Positions 54,597 through 63,045 of a stretch of 64,000 bases of DNA are shown piece by piece. Every line of letters starts with the position of its first letter. Position 1 is the stretch's first letter. A program made the translations under genes and the position numbers. The notes beneath the pieces are model-generated. The model saw only the letters and a list, made by a program, of their open reading frames with translations, did not search any database and was not told the DNA's origin. The stretch spans positions 960,001 to 1,024,000 of the forward strand of contig JASGHJ010000001.1 in NCBI GenBank assembly GCA_047602405.1, given 5' to 3'. The DNA comes from Anaeromyxobacteraceae bacterium (lineage in GTDB: Bacteria; Myxococcota; Myxococcia; Myxococcales; Anaeromyxobacteraceae).

Positions 54597-54968
54597 ATGT
54601 CGAAGAAGAAGATCCTGCTGGTGGACGACTCGTCGACCGTCCTCCTCATGGAGAAGATGATCCTGGCGAAGAACCAGTACGACGTCGTCGAGGCGCGCGA
54701 CGGGCAGGAGGGCGTCGCGAAGGCGCTCGCCGAGAAGCCCGACCTCATCCTCATGGACGTCGTGATGCCGAAGATGGACGGCTTCGAGGCCGTCAAGCGG
54801 CTGCGCGCCGAGGAGCCGACGCGCGCGACCCCCATCATCATGGTGACCACGCGCGGCGAGCTCGAGAGCGTCGAGTCCGGCTATGCGTCCGGCTGCACCG
54901 ACTACGTGACCAAGCCCATCAACGGGCTCGATCTCCTCACCAAGGTGAAGAGCTGCCTCGGGCAGTGA
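54597..54968 (+). CDS. Single-domain response regulator (CheY-like)
   Basis: ILLVDDS, LMDVVMP, VTT, YVTKPI. Confidence 0.92.
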   Translation: MSKKKILLVDDSSTVLLMEKMILAKNQYDVVEARDGQEGVAKALAEKPDLILMDVVMPKMDGFEAVKRLRAEEPTRATPIIMVTTRGELESVESGYASGCTDYVTKPINGLDLLTKVKSCLGQ

Positions 54969-54975
54969 GGTGACC

Positions 54976-55557
54976 ATGGCGCACCTTGCGGTGGTGGTCG
55001 ACGGCGAGGAGATGGACCTGCGCGATCGGATCGCGGCCCTCGAGGAGGAGCTGCGCCGGACCTCCGACGCCTGGGTCGACTCGGCCGACCGGGTCAGCGA
55101 GTTCGTGCTGCTGCACGCGGCGGTGCGGCAGATCCACGCGGCCCGCGGCCGCGAGGAGCTCCTGCAGGCCCTGCAGGAGATCGTGATCAACGTGCTCGGC
55201 TCGGAGGAGCTCGTGATCTTCACGCGGGAGGGCGACGAGCTCCGCCTGGCCCGCGCGTTCGGCGTCCCGGAGGAGCCCGTGCGCGTGCTGCGGCTCGGCG
55301 AGGGGCCCATCGGCGCGACCACCGCGGCCGGCGTCTTCCGGGTGGCCGCGTGGGACGGGCCCTTCGTGGGCGATCCGAAGCTCACCGCCTGCGTGCCGCT
55401 CGTGGCGGGCGGCGAGGTCGAGGGCGCGATCGCGTTCTGGACCATGCTCGGCCACAAGCCCGAGCTGCTCGATCCGGACCGCGAGGTGATGGACATGCTC
55501 TCCCACCACGCCGGGCAGGCCATGCGCCTGCTCCGCCTCACCGGCCGGATCGCATGA
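54976..55557 (+). CDS. Coiled-coil + GAF-domain protein
   Basis: LQEIVINVLGSEE, GEGPIG, TACVPL...GAIA; no output domain. Confidence 0.78.
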   Translation: MAHLAVVVDGEEMDLRDRIAALEEELRRTSDAWVDSADRVSEFVLLHAAVRQIHAARGREELLQALQEIVINVLGSEELVIFTREGDELRLARAFGVPEEPVRVLRLGEGPIGATTAAGVFRVAAWDGPFVGDPKLTACVPLVAGGEVEGAIAFWTMLGHKPELLDPDREVMDMLSHHAGQAMRLLRLTGRIA

Positions 55558-56057
55558 GACCGGCCGGGCAGCTCGACCCGCCAGCGGCGGAGCACGGCGC
55601 GCCCGACCCCGAGGGCCGCGCCCGCGTGTACCTGCACGCCGGGCAGCTCTCGGCGCCGGCGTGGCCGGCCCAGATCACCACCGTCCTCGGCTCGTGCGTC
55701 GCGGTCTGCCTCTTCGACGCCGGCGTGAAGGTCGGCGGGATGAACCACTACCTGCTCGCGCAGCCCGTGAACGGCGAGCACACCCCCCGCTTCGGCGCGG
55801 TGGCGGTGCCCGCCCTCATCGACGCGGTCGTCGCGGGCGGCGGGCGGCGCGGCGCCCTGCAGGCGAAGGTCTTCGGCGGGGCCGCGGTCACGAGCGCGAG
55901 CGGGCGCCGCTCGCTCGGCGCGGAGAACGCGGCGCTGGCCCTGCACCTCCTCACCACCGCCGGGATCCCGGTCCTGCAGACCGACCTCGGCGGGCAGCGC
56001 GGGCGCAAGCTCATCTTCCACACCGACGACGGCTCGGCGTGGGTGCGGCAGCTCTAG
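55554..56057 (+). CDS. cheD: Chemoreceptor glutamine deamidase CheD
   Basis: TTVLGSCVAVCLFD, GGMNHY, KVFGGA, DLGGQRGRK; ATGA overlap with the GAF gene. Confidence 0.93.
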   Translation: MRPAGQLDPPAAEHGAPDPEGRARVYLHAGQLSAPAWPAQITTVLGSCVAVCLFDAGVKVGGMNHYLLAQPVNGEHTPRFGAVAVPALIDAVVAGGGRRGALQAKVFGGAAVTSASGRRSLGAENAALALHLLTTAGIPVLQTDLGGQRGRKLIFHTDDGSAWVRQL

Positions 56058-56066
56058 GAGCGGGCG

Positions 56067-57746
56067 ATGGAAGAGTTCGAGATCGACAGAGAGGCGCTGC
56101 TCGGTGCGTTCCTCGCGGAGTCGGAGGAGGTCCTCGCGCGGATGGAGCAGCAGCTCGTCGCGCTCGAGGCCGCGCCCGGTGACGAGGAGGCCCTGAACGC
56201 GGTCTTCCGCGACGCGCACACGATGAAGGGCGGGTCGTCCCTCGTCGGCTTCGACGCGGTGAAGGAGCTCGCCCACGACATCGAGCAGGTGCTCGAGCGG
56301 CTGCGCAAGCACGAGCTCGTCGCGACGAACGCGGTGGTGACCCTGCTCCTCCGCTCGGTCGACGTGCTCCGCGCCGCGCTCACCGACGCCACCGCCGGCA
56401 AGACCGCCCCCTCCGAGGCCACCCTCGCCTTCCGCCGCAGCCTCGCCGAGGCCGCCGCCGACGAGCCCACGCCGGGCGCGGCCCCCGCCCAGGCCGGCGC
56501 CGCGGCCCCCGCGGAGACGGGCGCCGCGCCCGCCGCCGCCGCACCGGGCCAGGCGCACGCCCAGGCCCGCACGCTCCGCGTCGACGTGAACCGCCTCGAC
56601 CGCATGCTCGACCTCTCCGGCGAGATCGCGATCGCCCGGGGCCGGCTCACCGAGCTCCTCGAGCGCGGCGAGGCGAGCGGCGAGGAGGTCCTCGCGGCGC
56701 ACCGCGAGACCGACCGGCTCTACCTGGATCTCCAGGAGCTCATCATGAAGGCCCGGATGGTGCCGATCGGGCCGGTGTTCTACCCGCACGCGCGCACGGT
56801 GCGGGACCTCTCCACGGCCCAGGGCAAGCACGCCCGCCTCGTGGTGGAGGGCGCCGACGTCGAGGTGGACACCTCGGTGGTCGAGCAGATCCGCGACCCG
56901 ATCCTCCACATGGTCCGCAACGCCCTCGACCACGGCGTCGAGACCCCGGACGCGCGCCGCGCCGCCGGCAAGGACCCGATGGCCACGGTCACCCTGCGCG
57001 CCTTCCAGGAGGCGGGCTCGATGGTGATCGAGGTGCAGGACGACGGCGGCGGCCTCGACCGCGCCCGCATCGCCGCGAAGGCCGCCGCGAAGGGCATCCT
57101 CGAGGACCCCGCCCGGGCGAGCGACGAGGAGATCGCCCGGGCGATCTTCGAGCCGGGCTTCTCCACGAACGACGTGGTCACCGACGTCTCGGGCCGCGGC
57201 GTCGGAATGGACGTCGTGCGCCGCAACGTGGAGGCGCTGCGCGGCTCGGTCGGCGTGTCGAGCGCCCCCGGCAAGGGCACGACCATCTCGATGCGCGTGC
57301 CGCTCACCCTCGCCATCATCCAGGGCTTCCGCGTCCGCATCTCCGACCAGACCTACATCCTGCCGCTCGACACGGTCGTCGAGTGCCTGGAGCTGCCCGT
57401 CGGCGGCGACGCGAACGCGGTCACCGGCGTCATGAACGTGCGCGGCAAGCCGCTCGCCTACCTGCGCCTGCGCGCGATGTTCGGCCTGCCGGCCCGCGCC
57501 GGCGCGCGGGAGAACATCGTGGTGATCCGGCACGGCGGGCACACCGCCGGGCTCGCGGTCGACGCCCTGCTCGGCGAGTCGAGCACGGTCATCAAGCCGC
57601 TCGGCGCGATGTTCCGGAACCTCCCCGGCGTCGCGGGCTCCTCCATCCTGGGCGACGGGCGGGTGGCGCTGATCCTGGACGTCGGCGGGCTCGTCCGCGA
57701 GACGCTCAAGCGCACGGCGTCCGAGCTCGAGGCGCGGGCGGCCTGA
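56067..57746 (+). CDS. cheA: CheA, catalytically intact, no P2 domain
   Basis: FRDAHTMKG, HMVRNALDHG, DDGGG, FEPGFST, SGRGVGMDVV, CheW domain. Confidence 0.95.
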   Translation: MEEFEIDREALLGAFLAESEEVLARMEQQLVALEAAPGDEEALNAVFRDAHTMKGGSSLVGFDAVKELAHDIEQVLERLRKHELVATNAVVTLLLRSVDVLRAALTDATAGKTAPSEATLAFRRSLAEAAADEPTPGAAPAQAGAAAPAETGAAPAAAAPGQAHAQARTLRVDVNRLDRMLDLSGEIAIARGRLTELLERGEASGEEVLAAHRETDRLYLDLQELIMKARMVPIGPVFYPHARTVRDLSTAQGKHARLVVEGADVEVDTSVVEQIRDPILHMVRNALDHGVETPDARRAAGKDPMATVTLRAFQEAGSMVIEVQDDGGGLDRARIAAKAAAKGILEDPARASDEEIARAIFEPGFSTNDVVTDVSGRGVGMDVVRRNVEALRGSVGVSSAPGKGTTISMRVPLTLAIIQGFRVRISDQTYILPLDTVVECLELPVGGDANAVTGVMNVRGKPLAYLRLRAMFGLPARAGARENIVVIRHGGHTAGLAVDALLGESSTVIKPLGAMFRNLPGVAGSSILGDGRVALILDVGGLVRETLKRTASELEARAA

Positions 57747-57748
57747 CG

Positions 57749-58645
57749 ATGGCCGAGGCCGCCGCGAGATCCCTCGTCGAGCGGGACGCCCCCGCCGCCA
57801 TCCGCGAACCCTCCGACGCGGACTTCGCGCGCTACCAGGTGTTCGTGAAGCGCGAGGCGGGCATCCACCTCACGCCGGTGAAGAAGGCGTTGCTGGTCGG
57901 CCGGCTCGCGCGCCGCCTGCGCGAGCTGAAGCTCGACTGGCGCGGGTACCTCGAGCTAGCGAAGGTCGACGAGCCCGAGCGCATCCGGATGCTCGACAGC
58001 ATCGCGACCAACGAGACCCACTTCTTCCGCGAGGCGGCGCACTGGGAGTACCTGACCCAGGACCTCTTCCCGCGCTGGCAGGCGGAGGCCGACGCCGGAA
58101 AGCGTCCGAGGCGCGTGCGGGTCTGGAGCGCGGCCTGCTCCACCGGCGAGGAGCCCTACACGCTCGCGATGGTGCTCCTCGCGTCCTTCCCGACCGGGTG
58201 GGCGCTCGAGATCTTCGCCTCCGACCTCTCGACGAAGGTGCTCGACCGCGCCCGGAACGCGACCTGGCCGCTCGAGAAGTCGGCGGAGATCCCGCGGGCG
58301 TACCTCGAGGCGTACATGCTGCGCGGCACCGGCGAGCAGGGCGGGCTCATGCGCGCCGGGCCGGAGCTCCGGGCGCTCTGCACCTTCCGCCGGGTGAACC
58401 TCCTCTGCGGCCCGTTCCCGGAGGGCGACTTCGACCTCGTCTTCTGCCGGAACGTGCTCATCTACTTCGACCACGAGACGAAGACCGCGGTGGTCGACCA
58501 CCTGGTGAGCCGCCTCGCCCGCGGCGGCAACCTGTTCATCGGCCACGCCGAGACCCTGGCCGGGCTCTGCCCGCGCGTCCGGCAGGTCCGGCCCACCGTG
58601 TACGGCCACGTCGGCGAGGACGGCGGCCGCGGGGGCGGCCGGTGA
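57749..58645 (+). CDS. cheR: Chemoreceptor methyltransferase CheR
   Basis: From MAEAAARS: TNETHFFRE, WSAACSTGEEPYTLAM, FCRNVLIYFD, GHAE. Confidence 0.95.
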   Translation: MAEAAARSLVERDAPAAIREPSDADFARYQVFVKREAGIHLTPVKKALLVGRLARRLRELKLDWRGYLELAKVDEPERIRMLDSIATNETHFFREAAHWEYLTQDLFPRWQAEADAGKRPRRVRVWSAACSTGEEPYTLAMVLLASFPTGWALEIFASDLSTKVLDRARNATWPLEKSAEIPRAYLEAYMLRGTGEQGGLMRAGPELRALCTFRRVNLLCGPFPEGDFDLVFCRNVLIYFDHETKTAVVDHLVSRLARGGNLFIGHAETLAGLCPRVRQVRPTVYGHVGEDGGRGGGR

Positions 58646-59709
58646 AGACCCCGCTGCGCGTGCTCGTGGTCGACGACTCCGCCGTCGTGCGGCAGGTGTT
58701 GACCTCGATCCTCACGCAGGCGGGCATGGAGGTCGCGACCGCGCCCGACCCGGTGATCGCGCTCCAGAAGATCGAGCGGTCCCGGCCGGACGTGGTGACG
58801 CTCGACATCGAGATGCCGCGGATGGACGGCCTCACCTTCCTCCGCCGCGTGATGTCGGAGCAGCCGCTCCCGGTGGTGGTCTGCTCCGGGCTCGCGGAGT
58901 CCGGCTCGGAGGTCGCCCTGCGCGCGCTGGAGGAGGGCGCGCTCGACGTCATCGAGAAGCCGAAGGTGGGCCTGAAGGGCTTCCTCGAGGACTCGGCCGC
59001 CCGGCTGGTTCACGTGGTCCGCGCCGCCGCCGCGGCCGACCTCTCGCGCAGCGTGCGGCGCCGCGCCCCGGGCGCGCCCGCCACGGCGCCGGGCCGCCCC
59101 GCCGCGCCGCCCGAGCCCGCCTCGTCGGCCATCAAGGCGACGACGCACAAGGTCGCCGTCATCGGCGCCTCCACCGGCGGCACCGAGGCGCTCCGGGTCG
59201 TGCTCGAGGCGCTCCCGCCCGACGCACCGGGCATCGCGATCGTGCAGCACATGCCGGAGTACTTCACCGGCCAGTTCGCGAAGCGGCTCGACCAGTCGTG
59301 CCGGATCGAGGTGAAGGAGGCCGCGCCGGGCGACCGGCTCGTCCCCGGCCGCGCGCTCATCGCGCCGGGCAACCGGCACCTCGTGGTCCGCCGCACCGGC
59401 GCGCTCTACGTGACCGACCTCGTGGACGGCGAGCGGGTGGGCCACCACCGCCCGAGCGTGGACGTGCTCTTCCACTCCGCGGCGGAGGCGTGCGGCCGGA
59501 ACGTCATGGGCGTCATCCTCACCGGGATGGGCGCCGACGGCGCCGACGGCATGCTCGCGATGCGGCAGGCGGGCGCCTTCAACGTCGCGCAGGACGAGGC
59601 GACCTCGGTCGTGTTCGGCATGCCGAAGGAGGCGATCGCCGCGGGCGGGGTGGACGAGGTCCTTCCGCTCGAGCGGATCGCCTCGGCGATCGTGCGCTGG
59701 GCGAGGTAG
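58642..59709 (+). CDS. cheB: Methylesterase CheB
   Basis: Receiver (VVDDS, LDIEMP) plus GASTGG, VQHM, HRPSVDVLF, TGMGADG; GTGA overlap with cheR. Confidence 0.95.
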   Translation: MKTPLRVLVVDDSAVVRQVLTSILTQAGMEVATAPDPVIALQKIERSRPDVVTLDIEMPRMDGLTFLRRVMSEQPLPVVVCSGLAESGSEVALRALEEGALDVIEKPKVGLKGFLEDSAARLVHVVRAAAAADLSRSVRRRAPGAPATAPGRPAAPPEPASSAIKATTHKVAVIGASTGGTEALRVVLEALPPDAPGIAIVQHMPEYFTGQFAKRLDQSCRIEVKEAAPGDRLVPGRALIAPGNRHLVVRRTGALYVTDLVDGERVGHHRPSVDVLFHSAAEACGRNVMGVILTGMGADGADGMLAMRQAGAFNVAQDEATSVVFGMPKEAIAAGGVDEVLPLERIASAIVRWAR

Positions 59710-59804
59710 CCCGCAGCTCGCAGCGAGCGCGGGTCGCTGCCGCATCGGAGGACGCCCCGTCCGGCGCGGGCGCAGGGCGTGGCCCCGCGGCATGACCTCC
59801 CGCC

Positions 59805-60221
59805 ATGCCCGTCACCCAGGCCCAGGTCCGCGCCGTCGCCCGCGCGCTCGACGGCGTCACCGCCTCGCGCGAGGGCTTCTCGTTCTCGGTGAAGCGCGGC
59901 GCGAAGGACGTGGGCATCGCGTGGGCGTGGCGCGAGCGGATCCACCCGCGGAAAGCGCGCGTGCCGAGCACCGAGGTGATGGCGGTGCGGGTCGCGGACC
60001 TCGAGGAGAAGGAGAGCCTCCTCGCGCTCGACCCGGGGAAGTACTTCACGGAGCCCCACTACGACGGCTACCCCGCCGTGCTCGTGCGGCTGGGCGCGGT
60101 GACGCGGGCCGAGGTGCGCCGCCTGCTCCTGGAGGCGGTGCGGGCGGCACTGCCGGTGAAGCCGGCGCGCAAGGTCACCGCGCGCCCGGCCCGGCGGAAG
60201 CGGGCCGCGCGGGATCGCTGA
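59805..60221 (+). CDS. MmcQ/YjbR-family protein
   Basis: EKESLL...FTEPHYDGYPAVLVRL motif. Confidence 0.8.
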   Translation: MPVTQAQVRAVARALDGVTASREGFSFSVKRGAKDVGIAWAWRERIHPRKARVPSTEVMAVRVADLEEKESLLALDPGKYFTEPHYDGYPAVLVRLGAVTRAEVRRLLLEAVRAALPVKPARKVTARPARRKRAARDR

Positions 60222-60249
60222 ACTCCTCCACAGGTGAAGAGAAACCCCA

Positions 60250-60286
60250 CGTCGGCGGAGCCTCGCTCCGCCGACGCGTTTCTTTC
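60250..60286 (+). terminator. Intrinsic terminator-like hairpin
   Basis: GTCGGCGGAG-cctcg-CTCCGCCGAC followed by gcgTTTCTTTC. Confidence 0.6.
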
Positions 60287-60336
60287 AGATGGTTGACATG
60301 ACGGGCCTTTTCCGGTGCCGGACACGCCCGGTCTGG

Positions 60337-60353
60337 TTGGCCCGGCACACGCA
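60337..60353 (+). promoter_or_regulatory. Possible sigma54 promoter, with an IHF-like site at 60283-60295
   Basis: TTGGCCCGGCACACGCA = GG-N10-GC (non-consensus -14/-15); TTTCAGATGGTTG upstream resembles WATCARNNNNTTR. Confidence 0.4.
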
Positions 60354-60406
60354 ACAGGTGGCCTCAGGAAGTACGCAGGTCACCCGAACCGAAGCAGGAG
60401 CCCGCC

Positions 60407-60481
60407 ATGATGTTCGCCTTCGTCGCCGCCATGTTCTCCGTCGCCTTCGTCTCGACCCTCAACCACCTCGCCGTGCGCTAA
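60407..60481 (+). CDS. 24-aa hydrophobic small protein
   Basis: AGGAG 6 nt before ATG; MMFAFVAAMFSVAFVSTLNHLAVR*; every sense codon ends in G or C. Confidence 0.55.
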   Translation: MMFAFVAAMFSVAFVSTLNHLAVR

Positions 60482-60515
60482 CCCCGCCCGCCCCACATCC
60501 GAGAGCGAGATCGCC

Positions 60516-61250
60516 ATGGGCCACGAGTTCCTCAGCATCTACCCCGCGAAGGCCGCCGAGTACCTCCTCGCCGTCAGCTACCTCCTCCTCTTCATCCCCT
60601 TCTGGCGCTACGTCCAGGGCGCCCGCCGCGCCGAGGTTCCTGCGACCGCCGAGGTCGCGATCCCCGCCGCCGCCCAGCTCGCCGTCGCCGCCGCGAAGCC
60701 CGCCCCGGCCGCGAGGAAGCCCGCGCCGAGCCCCGCCGCCGGCTGGTTCCAGGTCCCCTCCGACGTCTACCTGCACCCGGGCCACACCTGGGCGAAGCTC
60801 CTCGCCGACGGCACGGTCGCGGTCGGCCTCGACGACCTCGCCCACCGGCTCGTCGCCGCGGAGCGCACCTCGGTCCCGAGCGTCGGCGCCCACGTGTTCC
60901 AGGGCGACGCCGCCATCGACCTCACCGCGACCGGGAAGCGCGTCTCCGCGCTCTCGCCCATCGACGGCACCGTCGTCGCCGTGAACACGAACCGTGACGA
61001 CGCCGACGCCTACGGCGCGGGCTGGCTCTTCAAGGTGAAGCCGTCGCGCCTCGCCGCGAACCTCCGCCAGCTGCACCAGGGCGCCGAGGCCCGGCTGCTC
61101 GTCGACGACGCCGCCGCCATCCTCGCGCGCCGCGCGAACCCCGAGATGGCGCAGGTCCTCCAGGACGGCGGCGCCCCGGTCCACGGCATCGCCGCCGCGC
61201 TCGCCGGCGACGACTGGGACGCGCTCGCCCGCGAGATCCTCCGCAGCTGA
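60516..61250 (+). CDS. Membrane-anchored glycine-cleavage-H-like protein lacking the lipoyl motif
   Basis: N-terminal TM, then YLHPGHTWAK...VAVGLDD...SPIDGTVVAVN...DAYGAGWLFKV; no ESVK motif. Confidence 0.8.
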   Translation: MGHEFLSIYPAKAAEYLLAVSYLLLFIPFWRYVQGARRAEVPATAEVAIPAAAQLAVAAAKPAPAARKPAPSPAAGWFQVPSDVYLHPGHTWAKLLADGTVAVGLDDLAHRLVAAERTSVPSVGAHVFQGDAAIDLTATGKRVSALSPIDGTVVAVNTNRDDADAYGAGWLFKVKPSRLAANLRQLHQGAEARLLVDDAAAILARRANPEMAQVLQDGGAPVHGIAAALAGDDWDALAREILRS

Positions 61251-61278
61251 GCGCCACGCCGGAACCGAAGGCCCATCA

Positions 61279-61322
61279 CCGCGGCGGGTTCCCGAGGAGG
61301 GAGCCCGCCGCGGTTCGTCTTT
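61279..61322 (+). terminator. Intrinsic terminator-like hairpin
   Basis: CCGCGGCGGGTTCCC-gagga-GGGAGCCCGCCGCGG followed by TTCGTCTTT. Confidence 0.6.
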
Positions 61323-61347
61323 CCGGTCGCTCACGCCTCCGGAGGAT

Positions 61348-61398
61348 CCGTTCGTCCCGAGCGTAGCCACCGCGAAGCGGTGGCGGAGACGAGGGGCG
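61348..61398 (+). repeat. REP-like palindromic element (single copy in window)
   Basis: CCGTTCGTCCCGAGCGTA-GCCACCGC-GAA-GCGGTGGC-GGAGACGAGGGGCG; perfect 8-bp stem with a GAA loop. Confidence 0.4.
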
Positions 61399-61521
61399 CG
61401 CCGGACGAGCTCACGCGCATGTGAACCCCGCGCACGCCCACCGTCGCGCCAACCCCGCGAGATTCCCACCGCCGCACCCTCGGCCCACCCCGTGCATTTC
61501 ACGCGCGGCGGAGGTGGGCAC

Positions 61522-61810
61522 ATGTCCTTCGCTCGCACGCTCGTGTTCGCGCTCGCCGCGACCGCGCTGGGGACCGGCTGCGCCATCGACGCCTGCGAGG
61601 AGTGGTCGCTCCTCGGCCGCAACGGCTACTGCACGCAGTCGTACCGCCCGCCTCTTCACCGAGGAGGACGCGGGCCCCGACGGCTCGACGACTTACTGCG
61701 CCGGTACCCTGTACGAGAACACGAGCTGCGCCGACCTCGGCTACACGTTCTCGTGCGACTGGAGCGATCGCCATGTCCGTCCCGAGGACGAGCGGAGCTG
61801 CCCGTGGTGA
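61522..61810 (+). pseudogene. Small Cys-rich lipoprotein, frameshifted near 61651
   Basis: MSFARTLVFALAATALGTGC...CTQSYRP in one frame continues as LFTEEDAGPDG...CPW* in the +1 frame; the joined product parallels the next gene. Confidence 0.7.
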
Positions 61811-62094
61811 TCCGCGCGATGGCCTTCGCCGCGGCCCTCTCCGCGCTCCCCGGCTGCTGGAGCGTCGCGTGCGTCGAGCCCACCGGCGGCGCCGCGATGC
61901 GCTGCTGGGAGACGGTCGACGGGATCCTCTTCCAGGAGGAGCGCGACCTCGACGGCGACGGCTACGCCGACCTCCCCGCGTGCACCGGCGAGCGGAACGA
62001 CTTCTCCACCTGCGGCGGCCTCGGCTTCACCGTGAACTGCCCCGACAGCGAGTACTACGCGCGCCCGGGCGAGGCGACGTACGCGTGTCCGTGA
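61807..62094 (+). CDS. Small Cys-rich lipoprotein with a DxDxDG motif
   Basis: (V)IRAMAFAAALSALPG-C lipobox; DLDGDGYAD; GTGA overlap with the upstream paralogue. Confidence 0.68.
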   Translation: MIRAMAFAAALSALPGCWSVACVEPTGGAAMRCWETVDGILFQEERDLDGDGYADLPACTGERNDFSTCGGLGFTVNCPDSEYYARPGEATYACP

Positions 62095-62268
62095 AGGCGG
62101 GGCGAGGCTGCGGAACCTGGTTCAGCCGGCTGAACTGCAGCGGAAATTCGAGCAATGTCTCGTGATGTCGGCGACTTGCGGGCGAAAATTGGTGCCTTCT
62201 ACCGGTAGAAACGCCGGGGCACGAGAGCGCCCGCACCGCTGACCGACGCGGCTGATAGATTCTCCTCG

Positions 62269-62478
62269 ATGGCGGACGAACACAGCTCGCCCCCGGACCG
62301 CGATGACGGGATCGTCTTCGACCAGACGCTCTTCGACGAACTCGCGCGGATGACGCCCGAGGAGCGCCTGCGCCACAACGACCGCATGGTCGCCACCTTG
62401 CGGGAGCTCCGCGATGCCTTCGCAGCGACCGGAAAGCCTGACGACGCTGCTCGCCCGGCTGGCGGCGAGCGGGACTGA
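62269..62478 (+). CDS. Small protein, putative antitoxin/partner of the nucleotidyltransferase
   Basis: 69 aa, DGIVFDQTL...LARMTPEERLR; extended -10 TGaTAGATT 7 nt before ATG. Confidence 0.6.
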   Translation: MADEHSSPPDRDDGIVFDQTLFDELARMTPEERLRHNDRMVATLRELRDAFAATGKPDDAARPAGGERD

Positions 62479-62911
62479 CTTCCTCCTGGTCGGCGGCCTC
62501 GCGGCGGCGGCCCAGGGAGCGGCGCTGACCACGGTCGACGTCGACGTGGTCCATCGCCGGGATGCGGAGAACGTCCGCCGGCTCCTCGCGTTCCTCGACT
62601 CCGTCGGCGCCCGCTACCGCGGGCGTCCGCCGGGCCAGGTGCTCCGTCCCACGGAGGCCCTGCTCCTGGGCGACGGGCACCAGCTCCTGTCGACCGATCT
62701 CGGCCAGCTGGACGTGCTCGGCGCGATCGAAGGTGGCCGCGACTACGCGAGCCTCTTGCCCGAGTCGGTCGAACTGACGGTGGAGGGTCAGAAGGTTCGC
62801 GTCGTCAGGCTCGAGACCCTCGCCGAGCTCAAGCGCGGCTCCCGGAGCCCGAAGGATCAGCTGGTCGTCGCGATGATCGAGCAGGCGCTCAGGACCCGCG
62901 ACCGGCGCTGA
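62414..62911 (+). CDS. Pol-beta-superfamily nucleotidyltransferase (TA-like)
   Basis: FLLVGGLAAAAQG...TxDVDVV, LDVL, C-terminal LAELKRGSRSPKD. Confidence 0.78.
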   Translation: MPSQRPESLTTLLARLAASGTDFLLVGGLAAAAQGAALTTVDVDVVHRRDAENVRRLLAFLDSVGARYRGRPPGQVLRPTEALLLGDGHQLLSTDLGQLDVLGAIEGGRDYASLLPESVELTVEGQKVRVVRLETLAELKRGSRSPKDQLVVAMIEQALRTRDRR

Positions 62912-62922
62912 TGGGTGCGATC

Positions 62923-63000
62923 GGTGGAGAAGAGCGCCTTCAGGAAGGACGCGGTGCCGAGCTCGAACGCCCTGCCGCCTGCCTCGACGTGCACGCCCAT
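62923..63000 (-). pseudogene. 5' remnant of an Imm70-like immunity gene
   Basis: Own translation MGVHVEAGGRAFELGTASFLKALFST; the frame then runs antisense into the NTase gene and stops at 62857. Confidence 0.45.
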
Positions 63001-63045
63001 CGTTCCACCCCCGGACGCTGCACCCGGATCGCGCTCCCGCCCGCC

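Noticed and set aside
60516..61250. Calling this gene gcvH
   Set aside because: It has a TM anchor, lacks the ESVK lipoylation motif and has no gcvT/gcvP neighbours.
44677..63045. Prophage or integrative element
   Set aside because: No integrase, transposase, phage gene, tRNA or flanking direct repeat was recognised.
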